Assembly (NCBI RefSeq): GCF_001194135.2
Contig: NC_068984.1
Location: forward strand, 143,202,674-143,241,073
Reading direction: 5' to 3'
Length of the DNA stretch: 38,400 nt
Source: Octopus bimaculoides
Taxonomy: Eukaryota
This document shows positions 24,211 to 37,503 of this stretch, in pieces. The position numbers were made by a program, and so were the translations under genes. Position 1 is the first letter of the stretch. Each line of letters opens with the position of its first letter. The notes under the pieces are model-generated. The model was not told the origin of the DNA, searched no databases, and saw only the letters and a list, made by a program, of their open reading frames with translations.

Positions 24211-24343
24211 ATAATCCCTTCTACTAAAGGCACAAGGCCTGGAATTTTGCGGGAGGGGACTAGTCGATTACATCGACCTCAGTGTTTCTCTGGCACTTAA
24301 TTTATCGACCCCGAAAGGATGGAAGGTAAAGTTGACCTCGGCG
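24211..24343 (-). mobile_element. SINE family A, 5'-truncated
   Basis: ggcacaaggcctggaatttt...tagtcgattacatcgacc...ttaatttatcgaccccgaaaggatg...gacctcggcg. Confidence 0.8.
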
Positions 24344-24351
24344 ATAACAAT

Positions 24352-24574
24352 AATAATGGTTTCATATTTTGGGATAATGTCAATAAACTTTTGGGAGGGG
24401 GTAAGTCGATTATATTGACCCCTGTTCTCAACTGATACGTTATTTTATCGAGACCCTCAAAGGATAAGAGGCAAAACCGTCGCTGGTTGAATTTGAACTC
24501 AGAATGTCAAGACGGACAAAATGTGGCAAAGCATTTTGCTGGGTGTGCTTACAATTCTGCCACCTCGCTGCCTT
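24352..24574 (-). mobile_element. SINE family A, diverged full-length copy
   Basis: gggagggggtaagtcgattatattgacccc...gaatttgaactcagaatgtcaagacgg...attctgccacctcgctgcctt. Confidence 0.75.
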
Positions 24575-25054
24575 AAAAATTAAACCTACATCAAGCAATG
24601 AAATATTATTATTCTTCATAATTAAAGATTAATGATTAAAAAGATTAATGGCAGAATCTTATAATAAGAGGAATAAGTAGTAAGCACATGCATTAATATA
24701 TATATACACACCGTAATATACATACAGAGCATATATGCTGACACACGTATAACTCCCCGTCCCACCGTCTGTATCATTATATAGGTGAATTCATCCACGT
24801 TGGTCTCGTATTAATTCATTCATGAGATTTTGATGAAATATCTATGACTTTTACATTTTATTATCAACATTGTATAAAAAATGTTATATAATCATTATTA
24901 ATATTTAGGTCTTCTAACTTGTCGAGTGATATATTTAACACATATATTCGTTGCTTTTTTGTGAGTCTGAATTGCTTATTCTACACACAAAATATACATG
25001 TGAAGCTTATGCAATCTCCGATTCAGCAAGTTCTTGTTTTATTAGTTTCACGGA

Positions 25055-25101
25055 ACCGTGTGGTTGGTAAGTAGGCTACTTATCACACAGCTACTCCTGC
25101 A
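25055..25101 (-). mobile_element. SINE family B head remnant
   Basis: gtgtggttggtaagtaggctacttatcacacagctactcctgcac corresponds to 38326-38371. Confidence 0.6.
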
Positions 25102-25664
25102 CTTATAAGTTCATAATTTTAGTAAAACTAAAATACTAATCAATACTTTTTGACTATATAGATTTGTGAATACAGGGAACGAGAGGAAAACCTAGAATAT
25201 AACAAATCGATTTGTAAAATGCAGCAATCAAAGACGCAAAATCAGGACAAGCCAGTGGTGGTTACACATGTGGTCATTCATGTTGCTGGTAATTACAGTC
25301 AAATTGCCATTACATCATACTCTTTATTCCCGCCAATGAAGGCCATTCTAATGCTGGTGGCATGATAAAATACATCTATTGATGTGTTGTGTAGTTGTTG
25401 TTGATATGAAGGTCATCACATCAAGTGGTAGAAACTGTGCCAGAATAAGTAGAACATATATAGGAATGAGTCATGGACTCCATCATCTGCATTGCAGGAA
25501 ACTCAGTTTTGAAGATCTAATACATAAGTTAGAACAGCTTCTTCATTCTAGCTGCAGACGACCTCTCTTGCACCCGTGGCACGAGAAACTGTTCTAATCA
25601 ATGCTGTAAGACACACTGAATGGAGTTGCTCTAAGGCACGTGGATTGGACTCAGCTAAATGTGA

Positions 25665-25698
<34 letters not shown>

Positions 25699-25995
25699 NN
25701 NNNNNNNNNNNNNNNNNNNNNNNNNNNNNNNNNNNNNNNNNNNNNNNNNNNNNNNNNNNNNNNNNNNNNNNNNNNNNNNNNNNNNNNNNNNNNNNNNNNN
25801 NNNNNNNNNNNNNNNNNNNNNNNNNNNNNNNNNNNNNNNNNNNNNNNNNNNNNNNNNNNNNNNNNNNNNNNNNNNNNNNNNNNNNNNNNNNNNNNNNNNN
25901 NNNNNNNNNNNNNNNNNNNNNNNNNNNNNNNNNNNNNNNNNNNNNNNNNNNNNNNNNNNNNNNNNNNNNNNNNNNNNNNNNNNNNNNNNNNNNNN

Positions 25996-26039
<44 letters not shown>

Positions 26040-26134
26040 TTCATGGCGAGATGTGGGATCCAACCAACACAGCAAAAGAATGTAAGACAATAAACGAAGC
26101 TAGCTCACACTCACAAACACACTCACTTTTTCTC

Positions 26135-26235
<101 letters not shown>

Positions 26236-26890
26236 TACGTATGCAAACACACTCGCAAGATGGTTCAATACAGTTTCCATCTATTAAACTTCACTGAGAT
26301 GTTATTGGTTCACCTAAAGCTATTGTGTAAGACCCTTCTACAATGTGTTTCATGACATACATTACTGTAAAAGTTGGTAAGAGGCCATGATGGGCATAAT
26401 TGGAACGTCTTTGATTATAAGCCATTGAGTTCAGAAGCTATTCTGGGATTGAATAAAAACAAGATCATAAGTCAAACGATATATATCCCAGAACGTTTGA
26501 TAGTTAAATGAAAGATGAAATAGCATATAATATTCACTTGAGAGTGGGAACTATACAATGTATTGTATTCGTGTTATTTGTAAATAGAAAGCAAACATTT
26601 TCTTGGCCCAAGAACCAATGACACTGCATTATATGTATGTTGCAACACGTTTATATGTGTGTTGCAACACGTTTGGTTGTTGAATGAAGAATAAAGGATA
26701 AGATATACTTTAAACATATTTACATTTGTGAGTATATAAGATGATGAGTAGGTATAATGACTGCATGGCAAATCTATAGATGCAAACTAAGAATTTGGTT
26801 TGTCAATATTTTCTGAAATATTTCTTCTTTCAAGTAGTCCTAATCTCTTATTTCCTTTTAGAATCCAAAATTAATCATTCTCAAACAGTG

Positions 26891-26926
<36 letters not shown>

Positions 26927-27335
26927 NNNNNNNNNNNNNNNNNNNNNNNNNNNNNNNNNNNNNNNNNNNNNNNNNNNNNNNNNNNNNNNNNNNNNNNNNN
27001 NNNNNNNNNNNNNNNNNNNNNNNNNNNNNNNNNNNNNNNNNNNNNNNNNNNNNNNNNNNNNNNNNNNNNNNNNNNNNNNNNNNNNNNNNNNNNNNNNNNN
27101 NNNNNNNNNNNNNNNNNNNNNNNNNNNNNNNNNNNNNNNNNNNNNACACACACACATATACATACATATACACACACATATACATACATATACACACATA
27201 TATATACATACATATACACACACATATATATACATACATATACACACACATATATATACATACATATACACACACATATATATACATGTATACACACACA
27301 CACACACTTATATATACATGTATATACACGCACAC

Positions 27336-27383
<48 letters not shown>

Positions 27384-28553
27384 ATATATATATATTTATA
27401 TATATGTATGTCTATATATGTGTTTGTGAGTGTGATCATTTTGAATTATGTCAAGCTATATATTTACATTTTTGTTTTTTGTTTTGTTTGCTTATTTACT
27501 TTATTAGATTAATAATTTCATGAGTTATTCTCGTCACAAAAATTGTCTCAATTATATCTTCTTTTATTAAACGATATTCAACTTTTGTAAGTCTTCTTGC
27601 TTAACCTTCACTAATATATATATTTGTTTATCTTCCTCATGCATTTCATTTTGCATCAATATTTTTCCTGACATTTTCGTTTTTGTTGTTTTGTTTTTTG
27701 TTTCATTGTTTTTCTCAATCATTTTTATTGATTCTGATTCTGTCATCAATTACTAGAGCAATTTTTCGTTTTCTCTTTGTTTTTTTGTTGTTTTTCTCCC
27801 CAATGTTTCGAAGATCGCGTTGTTTCTAATTTCGTGTCTCTTATTCTATTTCTTTGTTCATAATAATATATTTTTCTCCCGTTATTTTAGGTTCCTTATT
27901 ACTTTGACGTATTTTCATAAATTCTTCTTCTTTCGGTGCCGTTTTATTTTATTTCATTAGTTACAATGCAGACATTTTTTTTTTCCTATTTTAGTTATTT
28001 TTGTGTTTTCACTACCAATTTCTTCGCTTATTACAGGAATTTCTGTGCAAATTAAGTGATTTATACCAGTTTCCTTTTACACGTTAAAGTTACAGTTACA
28101 TTTAGTGTATCCTTATCTTGTCTTCCTTCACATTTAATATTTTATATTTTGATATCCTGTCTATGTGAAAACACATCATGAATTTCTATTTAAATAAAAA
28201 CAAAAACAGAAATGTTATTCTTCTTCAGCCAAAGTTAGTTCGTTTTATTCATATTCCAAAACAAATTTATGGTGAATTATGTAATTTCTCTTCTGAAGTT
28301 CATTGTATTTTTGTAAAAATTCATTTATTCAAGATTTATTTTAATGTGTGTATGCATTGATTACAGCAAAATTATACGATATACATAAATGCATATGAAT
28401 GTGTGTGTGTGTGTATATATATATTATATATACATGGATTATGTATATACATAATCACGAGTATATGCATATACACACACACATATATCTCCAATCTAAA
28501 TATATATTTTATAAGCACTATAAGTAGACATATATGTATGTTATATCTATCTA

Positions 28554-28627
<74 letters not shown>

Positions 28628-28717
28628 TTGTATATGTATATACATACACAAGTATATACGTGAGAACATATTTGTGCATATGTTCATATGTATAGACAGA
28701 CACAGACAAATATAGAT

Positions 28718-28749
<32 letters not shown>

Positions 28750-29093
28750 CATGTATGTATGATATGTTATTGACTCAGTCGCATTCTGTGGGGATGTATC
28801 ATGTGACAGCTACTTACTGTATTTCCAGTCCATTACTAAGTTGTCTCATATTTATTTTGTTATAAACGTGTGATAGAATTCAACGACAGCATTTTCTTAT
28901 TCCTCCTCCAACTCTTTCTTTTTCTTCCTCTTCCCCCTACTCTCTGTGAAATTGTATTGTTTATGCCCGCCTTAATATTTCCTTCATAACCATGCTATGC
29001 ATTTTACTTCTGCATTGTCCGATACATCATGTGAAGGAAGTTGTCTCTAAATCTCAACACACTGAAAACGAATACTTTGCCTTTGTCGCAGGT

Positions 29094-29130
29094 AGATTAT
29101 GATGCAGATTATGATGCAGATTATGACGCT
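29094..29130. repeat. 12-bp tandem repeat gattatgatgca x~3
   Basis: Directly visible. Confidence 0.8.
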
Positions 29131-30498
29131 TACCGCCATTATATACTTAAGGTGTTGTATAACCAAATAACGAAATCAGATTGCTTTCGGTTTCATCAAA
29201 ATATGAAAGAAAACAAACTTATAACCAATTCAAATATATTTGAGAGATATTGCACACTCTAAAGACTTTACGTTGCAATTTGTCGTAGAGGAAAATATTC
29301 TCGCCTACGAAAAAAAGTGTTAAAATATCGTCAGCTCAGAATGTCCTCAGTTGGTATCTGATATTGAGGAAGACTAACGATTTCAAAATGCATCCGCCAT
29401 TCCCATAGAATATCTCTGAGCTGACTATGGTGTTTAAATACCTTTTTGTCTTAAGCGACATTTTCCTCTCCACAACAAACTGCAGCGAACAGATTTTATA
29501 GTTTAAAATATCTCTGAAATCTATTTGAAGCGGTAATATTTGTAATATTTGTATTTGTCTACTTCCTGTGTATCACTGAGTACATCTCCATTGGTTTTGT
29601 GTATTTCTATTGAAAGTAACGTAATGAGTATATGCTGCTTAGTAGTAGTACTACTAGTGTGCATTTATATAAGTCTTTGTGTTCTGGAAATTTACATGTC
29701 TTCATCATTTTGTCAATAATTCACAGCGGCACCGATTATCATAGAGCCTCTGCCGTCCATTCATTCTGGTTATCTCTAGATCCATAACTTTATGTATGAT
29801 AGTTAGTCTACTTTTCTTAGATATATTATGTTATCTGTTGGAATTCATGCACCAATGAGAAGTCTTATATTCCTCAGATAGTGTCTGATTGAAATGTATT
29901 AATCTTCCACACTATGATTAGGCACACTCGCTTCGCATTATCATTTTCTCAATCCCAGAATCATAATCATTTATACGGTTTTGCCACCTCTTTTCCCTGG
30001 ATATTTCATAACGTTTACATAATTTCCAGTGTATGAAAACTGATATGTAAGTGTGGTGTGTGTACATGACCAAGTGTATGTTTGCTTGTCTATGCATATT
30101 GTATATATACATAATACGTGTGTCTTATATGTGTGTGTACGTTATATGTATATTATATATATATTCTTTTACTTGTTTCAGTCGTATATATACACACATC
30201 ATTTACTGTCCGTTGTAGGTAAAATCAACAATAATCACTTCATCTTATGATAAATATCTAATGTATACAGCATTTAAATAAATAAAAGCTACTAATAATG
30301 TCATGCCAGACATTACAATTCGGTAGGTTTACGTAACGTGACTCGTCCCTTTAAGCAATATTTTGGGCTCAGCTATTTGCACTGAGTCCCGAAGTATTAG
30401 GACACAAGGCACGTTATAGAAATCTGCTGAATTATTGTGTCTCCGTGGCATGAAACCATTAGTAGCTTTTACTTAAATACTGTATACATGAAATGAAT

Positions 30499-30720
30499 GC
30501 GAGTGGCTTAGTGGTTAATAGTATATTGGGCTCACGATCTTGCGAACGCGAGTTTGGTCCTCGGCGGCGGCACGTTCTGTCTGTGTGCAAGACACTCTGC
30601 TCCACGTTGCACCAATTCAGCCAGCTGACAAAAACGGACAGTACCTATAATTAAAAGGGTGCGCTGTGTTATTTCCAGTAGATCAAGAAACCGCACGAAC
30701 TGTTCTCGTCTGTTCAACTT
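30499..30720 (+). mobile_element. SINE family C, old copy with tRNA-like head
   Basis: A-box-like gagtggcttagtggtta, degenerate B-box gagtttggtcc, then gcaagacactctgctccacgttgc shared with 20480-20515, and gtacctataattaaaaggg shared with the reverse complement of 6842-6860. Confidence 0.55.
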
Positions 30721-31980
30721 ATACTTGTTGGCCGAGGTAGTGATTACAAAGAAGATTCGATGATAACAATGAGGCACTCGTTGTTTATAAAGAAAAATAA
30801 TTTTATTTGCATAAGTTGTATACGTGTGAGATTTATGATGATAGGACAGCAGTCTCTAATGAGCGAGATTCCTGCGTCGGTCTATGAAGTCAATCAGTAG
30901 TAGGATATCTGGACATTCTGAGGTCCATTTTCTGTAGTATTTGGTTGTAGAATTTGGGTGGTATTTAGAAGAATGAACCATGTCAATTTAGTAGATTAGC
31001 CAAATGAATAACAAAAATTGTTTATGTTTATTCCAGCATTTTATTTTTAAGATCTGTGAGCTAGAAATCCATTAGGTCATTCTCTCTTATTCACATTATC
31101 ACATTAGTATTTCTTTCTTTGTAAATTATTCAGAGCAGAAAAGGTAACACTGGCAACCCTTCCTCAGAGCATTTTCGATTGGTGGAGAAGAAGGGAAGTG
31201 TTTTCTTTAGTCTGAGCACGTGATCCGAATGTTTGCAATTAAGCGATGTACGCTAAAATCATAGAAGAACGGTTAAATATTTGCAAGGCCCCACTCAGTC
31301 ACACAATCGACCTAATTCCAATCACAAGGGTTCAATTAAACCAAATATAGAAAAGACACATCCTTAAAGTGTTGCACTGTCGCATCGAACAAGAATCCAC
31401 GATATTTCTAAAGGAAATTATGCAATGCCATACGTTGACCAAGATACGCTTCGGTTCTGCAGAAGAAAAACATATTTCCTAAACAAATCTACACTAAACA
31501 CGCTGATAATCTTACATTAACCAGCTCAATATGCAAGGTTTAACTTCACATCACATTATAATAGAATATTGGCCAATTAAACAGTCTCTCTTGTTGATTA
31601 CAGCGCAAAACTACACACAGCTATCATACATATTTACTGTACACTGGTAGACCAGGCTAGTAAAAGTTTGGCAGAGACACAAAACGGCTGGAAGTAACAA
31701 GATACGAAAGATCCGCCATTGAGTCGCCGAAACAAGTTGAATGGGCAGACAGGACTATGAATGGTTATATTGTTGCAGAATGTTCAATAATATGATCTGG
31801 GAAATACCATAGTATACAGGGAATATCACCGACAGAGCATTTTGGTCAATTTAACGATATAACAGGGAAATTCAATATCATAGTTGTAATATATATAAAT
31901 ATATATAATATACATGTTTGTATGTCTGTAATATATATATATATATATATATACACGTGTGTGTACGTGTGTACAAATAG

Positions 31981-32023
<43 letters not shown>

Positions 32024-32141
32024 AGAGAGAAAGAGATACTTTAAAGTGATTTGTTCGGAAAAGTCGGAACAATGCGAGAAGATATAAAGTAAACTACAAA
32101 AGAGAAAACAAAAGAAAACAAAACAACCCTTTGCCGCATAA

Positions 32142-33175
32142 ATCTATATTTCGGGGCTGTTACAACTTTTCCAGGACGTTCAGAAAAGCAGGGATGGAGA
32201 AGGTCGTTGGCCATATTTGTTGGGCAGGAAAGAGGAAAAAAGAAGAGGAAGGAGGATATTGACGTGCGCAGACTGGTGTTGCTATAGTAACAAGCCTGCT
32301 TTATGCAGTTCTTTTCTGTTTATGACAAAGCTCAATTTGTTGATGAGGGCCACCATGGTTCTAAGAAGAGTACCCATGTTCCGTTGTGTAGCCCTGATGG
32401 ATACCTTGATATCCTCAGTCTGGTCCTTCTTTAAGGGTTTTTTTTTTAAATTGAAGTGACTGTGCACATGTATTTACTCTTGTGAATGTGCAATTTCCTT
32501 GTGGTGCTCCCGATGTAGGTACCCAACATTTACTGCAAAATATCTTGTATGCAACATAGGCCATTAAGCACATTTTGAAATCGTTGATGGGGAAACTGAA
32601 TACTGCACACCCCACGATGGTATTTGTGATGTTATTCATTCACAGGAATTCCCTCGAGGATGGACTAGTGTCCTCCATCTGTATTATTGAGTCCATTCCT
32701 ACAGATTACGTTGTATAGCAGCAGTGGCCCTATTGTCGAAATAGGGCAGTTTAATGAAGCACATGTTATAGTTAGGATTATGGGCCCTCTTATGTGGTTT
32801 ACTAAACTTGGTGTTTTTAGATGCAGTCGTTTGGCTAAAGATGGTGGCTAGCCGTTCTACATTACGCTGTTGAGGAAGCGTTTGGTGTTGGAAGCTTTGT
32901 CATTTGTGTCACGGCATCTGCCGCTTAAGCTTGTGACTTCGATTTGTACGTATGCGACTTTGGCTCTGGTGGGCAGGGCTGACTCGTAGCGTAGAAACAG
33001 TTTCCTACTGGCCGCTTTCCTGTACAAGTCTGTATAGATTGAATCGTCATCTGTGATCCTGATTTGGAGAGAGAAAAAAGGATGTTCTGAACTCATCTGG
33101 TTATTCTGTTTCAAATTTCAAATCCTTGTCGGCGTAACTAATTCTCTGGTGTATGTCGATCGCTCCCACTTAAAT
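32142..33175 (-). mobile_element. Decayed Penelope-like retroelement (RT thumb, linker, GIY-YIG endonuclease, 3' UTR)
   Basis: In order on the - strand, across stops and frameshifts: ISYADKDLKFETE; HPFFSLQIRITDDDSIYTDLYRKAASRKLFLRYESALPTRAK (cf. PFLD..TDLYRK.T..YL...S.HP...K); M*NG*P (cf. NGYP); FIKLPYF; YVAYKIFCSKC; YIGSTTRKLHI; SHF...EDIKVSI...ALINKLSFVINRKE. Confidence 0.85.
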
Positions 33176-34674
33176 CGGGGCGGCCAAGTATGTCTGTAAA
33201 TTAAACTAGCTATTCGATAAATGGATATCGATAAAATAAGTTCCTAGCTAAAATAAGTACTTGGGTTGCTATTATCAACTAAATGCCTTGGGAGTGGTTC
33301 CGAAACAAAGTCGAAGCCCCATAACTCAAACCAATAACAGAATATAAAAAAAAGTGTTGTCAAATTACAGCCTGACATCAGCGTTTGCATGTAGGTTACC
33401 ATCATCTTACCATTCATTCCTGAAGCTATATATCACTTCCCTGTATAACTGACATGAATAATGCTAACGACTATCCAACAAATATTCCTATTTCTCTTTA
33501 GACCAGGGATATTTCTCTTCACAATCTGAACTGCAAGTAGCAGCACTAATAACGTCGCTACGAAATTTGGCTGCACCAAATCTCTGCAATTGTACAAGAC
33601 TTTTTATCAAAATCTTCATTCTCTCACATAATCAAATCCGCTTTTATGACAGGTTTTGCCAGGAGAGATGTTTTCATTCCACATATTCTCCTCTGTCCAT
33701 CGCATATGCTATTTCATTCAGGTGCTGACGTTTTTATGGTCATCAATAAAACTTAAATAGTCACTTATATTCGCTCAAATTCGTCTGACAAGTCCATGGT
33801 TCTCTCTCATTCATATCTATTCTGTCGGATAAACCGCAGAATAAAAGACTTTTCAATTCCTGAGTACTGACTGAATAAAACATATTTCTCGTTGAATTAC
33901 TTTTGTTTTATGTCTGTTATCAATTTAGAATTACAAAAAAAATATCTAAATTAAAGCATAGAGACCGCATTTTCTTATGTTACAAAATTGAATTTACCCA
34001 TAGCCACAGTTTCGAAAATGTCAAACATCAAAGAACCCTGGAAAATTCAAATTAAAACTTGTATCTGCATCACAATAAGAAAAATATAGGCAAATGTAAT
34101 TAGATACAAAAGCACCACGTAAAAACTTGCTAGATGTTAGCTAAACAACAAATTCGTATGTATGCGAATATATGAGTATGAATGTAAAGATGGATGGATA
34201 TAGAAAGCGATATAAACGTTGGTTGGATGGATGGCTGGTTGGTTGGTTAGTTGAAAGATTTTTCCAGTCACGCTTTACATCGAATAGAAGTAAGGGTAGA
34301 GAGAGCTAACGTAACAGATTCAGCATGAGTGCACATAATGGTCTTAGTGGCAGGCAATGAGTAGGAAAATGCTTCAGGCGCAATCTGAAAAGAATCAGCC
34401 AGGCGGAGGTGCAAACGGAAGGGGTGATGGAGAGGGAATAAATAGCTATACTAATTGGCGAAGTTATGCAAACGAAATTATTGTCGTATTTCTGTTTTGA
34501 GAAAAATTGTATTTTCATTTTAAAATTATTACTTTCAATATTTTGTATAAGCACCATTAAATTTGATTAAAGTTGAATTATAGTTATTTTATGTATGCAA
34601 TATTTTCTGGTATTACCCAGGGTGGCAAAAGTATCCTTGTAACGTTAACCGATGTATGACGTCTTAAACTACAG

Positions 34675-34718
<44 letters not shown>

Positions 34719-34754
34719 ACGCACATAATAATGACTGCGTTTTTATGTTCAGTT

Positions 34755-34936
34755 AAGGAGAGGATTAGTCGATTACATCGTCCCCAGTATTCCATTGGTA
34801 TATAATTTATCGACCCCGAAAAGATGAAAAGCAAAGCTGACCTCAGGGGAATTTGAACTCAGAACGTAAAGACGAACGAAATGCGGCTAAAGATTTAGTC
34901 CAGCATCCTAACGATTCTGCCATTTTCGCCGCCTTA
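34755..34936 (-). mobile_element. SINE family A lacking its 3' tail, flanked by the 10-bp direct repeat atgttcagtt
   Basis: Family A body. Direct repeats at 34745-34754 and 34937-34946. Confidence 0.8.
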
Positions 34937-35010
34937 ATGTTCAGTTCTAATAAAAAGCACTTTTTTCTTAATCTGATAGAGTACCAATTTATTATTCTTA
35001 AACAGGACTA

Positions 35011-35107
35011 TATTTCTCAGTGATTTCAAAGATTTGGCCAGCTTAGCCATCGTCGGGCTTATCCGGCGATAGATTTGCTGGCCGAAGCTTTGAATTCACT
35101 GTAAATA
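35011..35107 (+). ncRNA. Long imperfect hairpin (pre-miRNA-like or foldback remnant)
   Basis: CAGTGA/TCACTG, TTCAAAG/CTTTGAA, TTTGGCCAGC/GCTGGCCGAA, a 6x6 internal loop, ATCGTCGG/CCGGCGAT and a 6-nt loop GCTTAT. Basal TATTT/AAATA. Confidence 0.45.
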
Positions 35108-35123
35108 ACGTTCTTCTGTATGT

Positions 35124-35196
<73 letters not shown>

Positions 35197-35445
35197 NNNN
35201 NNNNNNNNNNNNNNNNNNNNNNNNNNNNNNNNNNNNNNNNNNNNNNNNNNNNNNNNNNNNNNNNNNNNNNNNNNNNNNNNNNNNNNNNNNNNNNNNNNNN
35301 NNNNNNNNNNNNNNNNNNNNNNNNNNNNNNNNNNNNNNNNNNNNNNNNNNNNNNNNNNNNNNNNNNNNNNNNNNNNNNNNNNNNNNNNNNNNNNNNNNNN
35401 NNNNNNNNNNNNNNNNNNNNNNNNNNNNNNNNNNNNNNNNNNNNN

Positions 35446-35477
<32 letters not shown>

Positions 35478-36112
35478 GTATGTATGTATGTATGTATGTA
35501 TGTATGTATGCTTATCTATCTATATATATGTGTGCGTGTGTGTGTGTGTGTATAATTATATATATGTACATACATACATAGATACGAATATATACATAGA
35601 TTGATAGACAGACGGATGGAAGGATAGATATATATATATAGATAGAGATATATAGATAGAGGTATCAGAATTTAGTTGAGATGTTAAATTTCTCAACAGG
35701 ATTTCTGTTCCCACGTTTTGCTGCTGCTACTACTACTACTACTACTGCTGCTACCGTTACTCTTGCTACTGTTGCTGCTGTTGTGGCTGACGATTCTCTT
35801 GATGTTGTTATTCTTATGGAATTCTGTCCTTGGGCAAGTCTCGCTCTCTTCTCTTTGACTAATTATACTTCAGCTCTAATTAGGCAACTATTTATTCTTA
35901 TCCAGCAGATTAGCCAAAGATATGTGAGTAATGTCGGAATTTCCTTTCAAGCGACTTCTCACAGAAAATTGCAGCTGTTATTTCAAATTAATTAACTCCC
36001 TTTGCAACCTCTCTAACACATGCATCTCAGATTAACCACATAAAATTACAGTATGTCTTTTTTACGCTTCTCTTGCACGATTTATGAATAAATGATATCT
36101 GCCAGGTATATA

Positions 36113-36213
<101 letters not shown>

Positions 36214-36383
36214 TGGTGTGTGTACACGCATACATACACACACACATATATATATGTGTGTGTGTATGTATGTATATGTATCCATTATTCAGTATAACTT
36301 GAACACCAATGTATTACTGTATCGCGTCTGTTAACTTATTCATATGCGACCTTATCTTTCTGTCAATATATTATTCTATTAAT

Positions 36384-36663
36384 GCAGCGAACTGGCAGAA
36401 ACGTTAGCACGCCGGGCGAAATGCTTAGCGATATTTTGTGTCTTTATCTTCTGAGTTCAAATTCCGCCGAGGTCGACTTTGCTTTTCATCCTTTCGGACT
36501 CGGTAAATTAAACACCAGTTGCGTACTGGGTTCGTTCTAATCGACTGTTCCCNNNNNNNNNNTCGGACTCGGTAAATTAAACACCAGTTGCGTACTGGGT
36601 TCGTTCTAATCGACTGTTCCCCTCCCCAAAAATTTCGGGCCTTATGCCAAGAATAGAAAAGAT
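36384..36663 (+). mobile_element. SINE family A, full-length copy with TSD (contains a 59-bp assembly duplication across a 10-N gap)
   Basis: Complete head to tail. Flanking tatattattctattaat (36367-83) and tatattattccattcat (36664-80) match at 15/17. Confidence 0.9.
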
Positions 36664-37014
36664 TATATTATTCCATTCATCTTTCCTCCTATGTATACGC
36701 GCGCGCGTGTGTGTGTGTTATCCTTTAAACATATGCATATATCTTTTAAAATATTCATCCGTATATGGATAAAGCAGTCAAGTACAGACACCTCAACAAA
36801 GACGCATACATGTATATAAAGCCTGACATATAAACACACACACATATATATGTGTGTGTGTACACACACATACACACATATATATGTGTGTGTGTACACA
36901 CACATACACACATATATACACTCACACACTCACACACACACATAATTGCGTTTTTTTTTTTAACCGTATCAGCACGTTCAAAAGCTGAAATTACAATGAC
37001 GGTAGCTACATTCT

Positions 37015-37063
37015 GAATGGATGAAGGATCTTGAAAACGCACTAACCCTCCGAAACGTCGTTC
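37015..37063 (+). other. Decayed hammerhead-like motif
   Basis: gaat-GGATGA-A-GGA...TCC-GAAAC-GTC-gttc. Stems I and II and the ACGT palindrome are present, but the CUGAUGA core is damaged. Confidence 0.35.
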
Positions 37064-37093
37064 AAAAATGATCCCATGAAGCTACAATGTCAC

Positions 37094-37503
37094 TGGGTCC
37101 TTGTCCAGTCCCACTGCGTAGCACTTTGGGCAAAGTGTCTTCTACTATAGCCTCGGGCCAACCAAAGCCTTCTGTCTGGATTTGGTAGACGGAAACTGAA
37201 AGAAGCCCGTCGTATGTATATGTATATATATATGTGTGTGTGTATGTTTGTGTGTCTGTGTTTGTCCCCCCACCTCAACATCACTTGACAACCGATGCTG
37301 GTGTGTTTACGTCCCTGTAACCTAGCGGTTCGACAGAAGAGACCGANNNNNNNNNNACAACCGATGCTGGTGTGTTTACGTCCCTGTAACCTAGCGGTTC
37401 GACAGAAGAGACCGATGGAATAAGTACTAGGCTTACAAAGAATAAGTCCTGGGGTCGATTTGCTCGACTAAAGGCTGTGCTCCAGCATGGCCGCAGTCAA
37501 ATG
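37094..37503 (+). mobile_element. SINE family B, 5'-truncated near-full copy (59-bp assembly duplication across a 10-N gap)
   Basis: Head remnant, internal (TA/TG)n, and 3' body to gccgcagtcaaatg. Confidence 0.9.

Noticed and set aside
25046-25066. 21-nt + strand micro-exon (ttag|...ttg|gtaagt)
   Set aside because: The donor is part of an antisense SINE B head remnant.
25379-25597. ORF containing TYIGMS (GIY-YIG-like)
   Set aside because: Only one short motif, with no preceding VY..C or following conserved R/E in proper spacing.
27567-27900. K/N/E-rich - strand ORF
   Set aside because: Low-complexity A-rich sequence with no identifiable motif.
33560-33800. Possible CR1 RT relic on - (SFIDDHK...RWTEENMWN...RDLV)
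   Set aside because: The resemblance is too weak to call without a profile search.
36494-36621. 59-bp direct repeat 36494-36552 / 36563-36621
   Set aside because: Exact duplication on either side of a 10-N gap. The same 59-bp length occurs at 37288-37415, consistent with an unmerged contig-overlap artefact.
37288-37415. 59-bp direct repeat 37288-37346 / 37357-37415
   Set aside because: Same assembly artefact across a 10-N gap.
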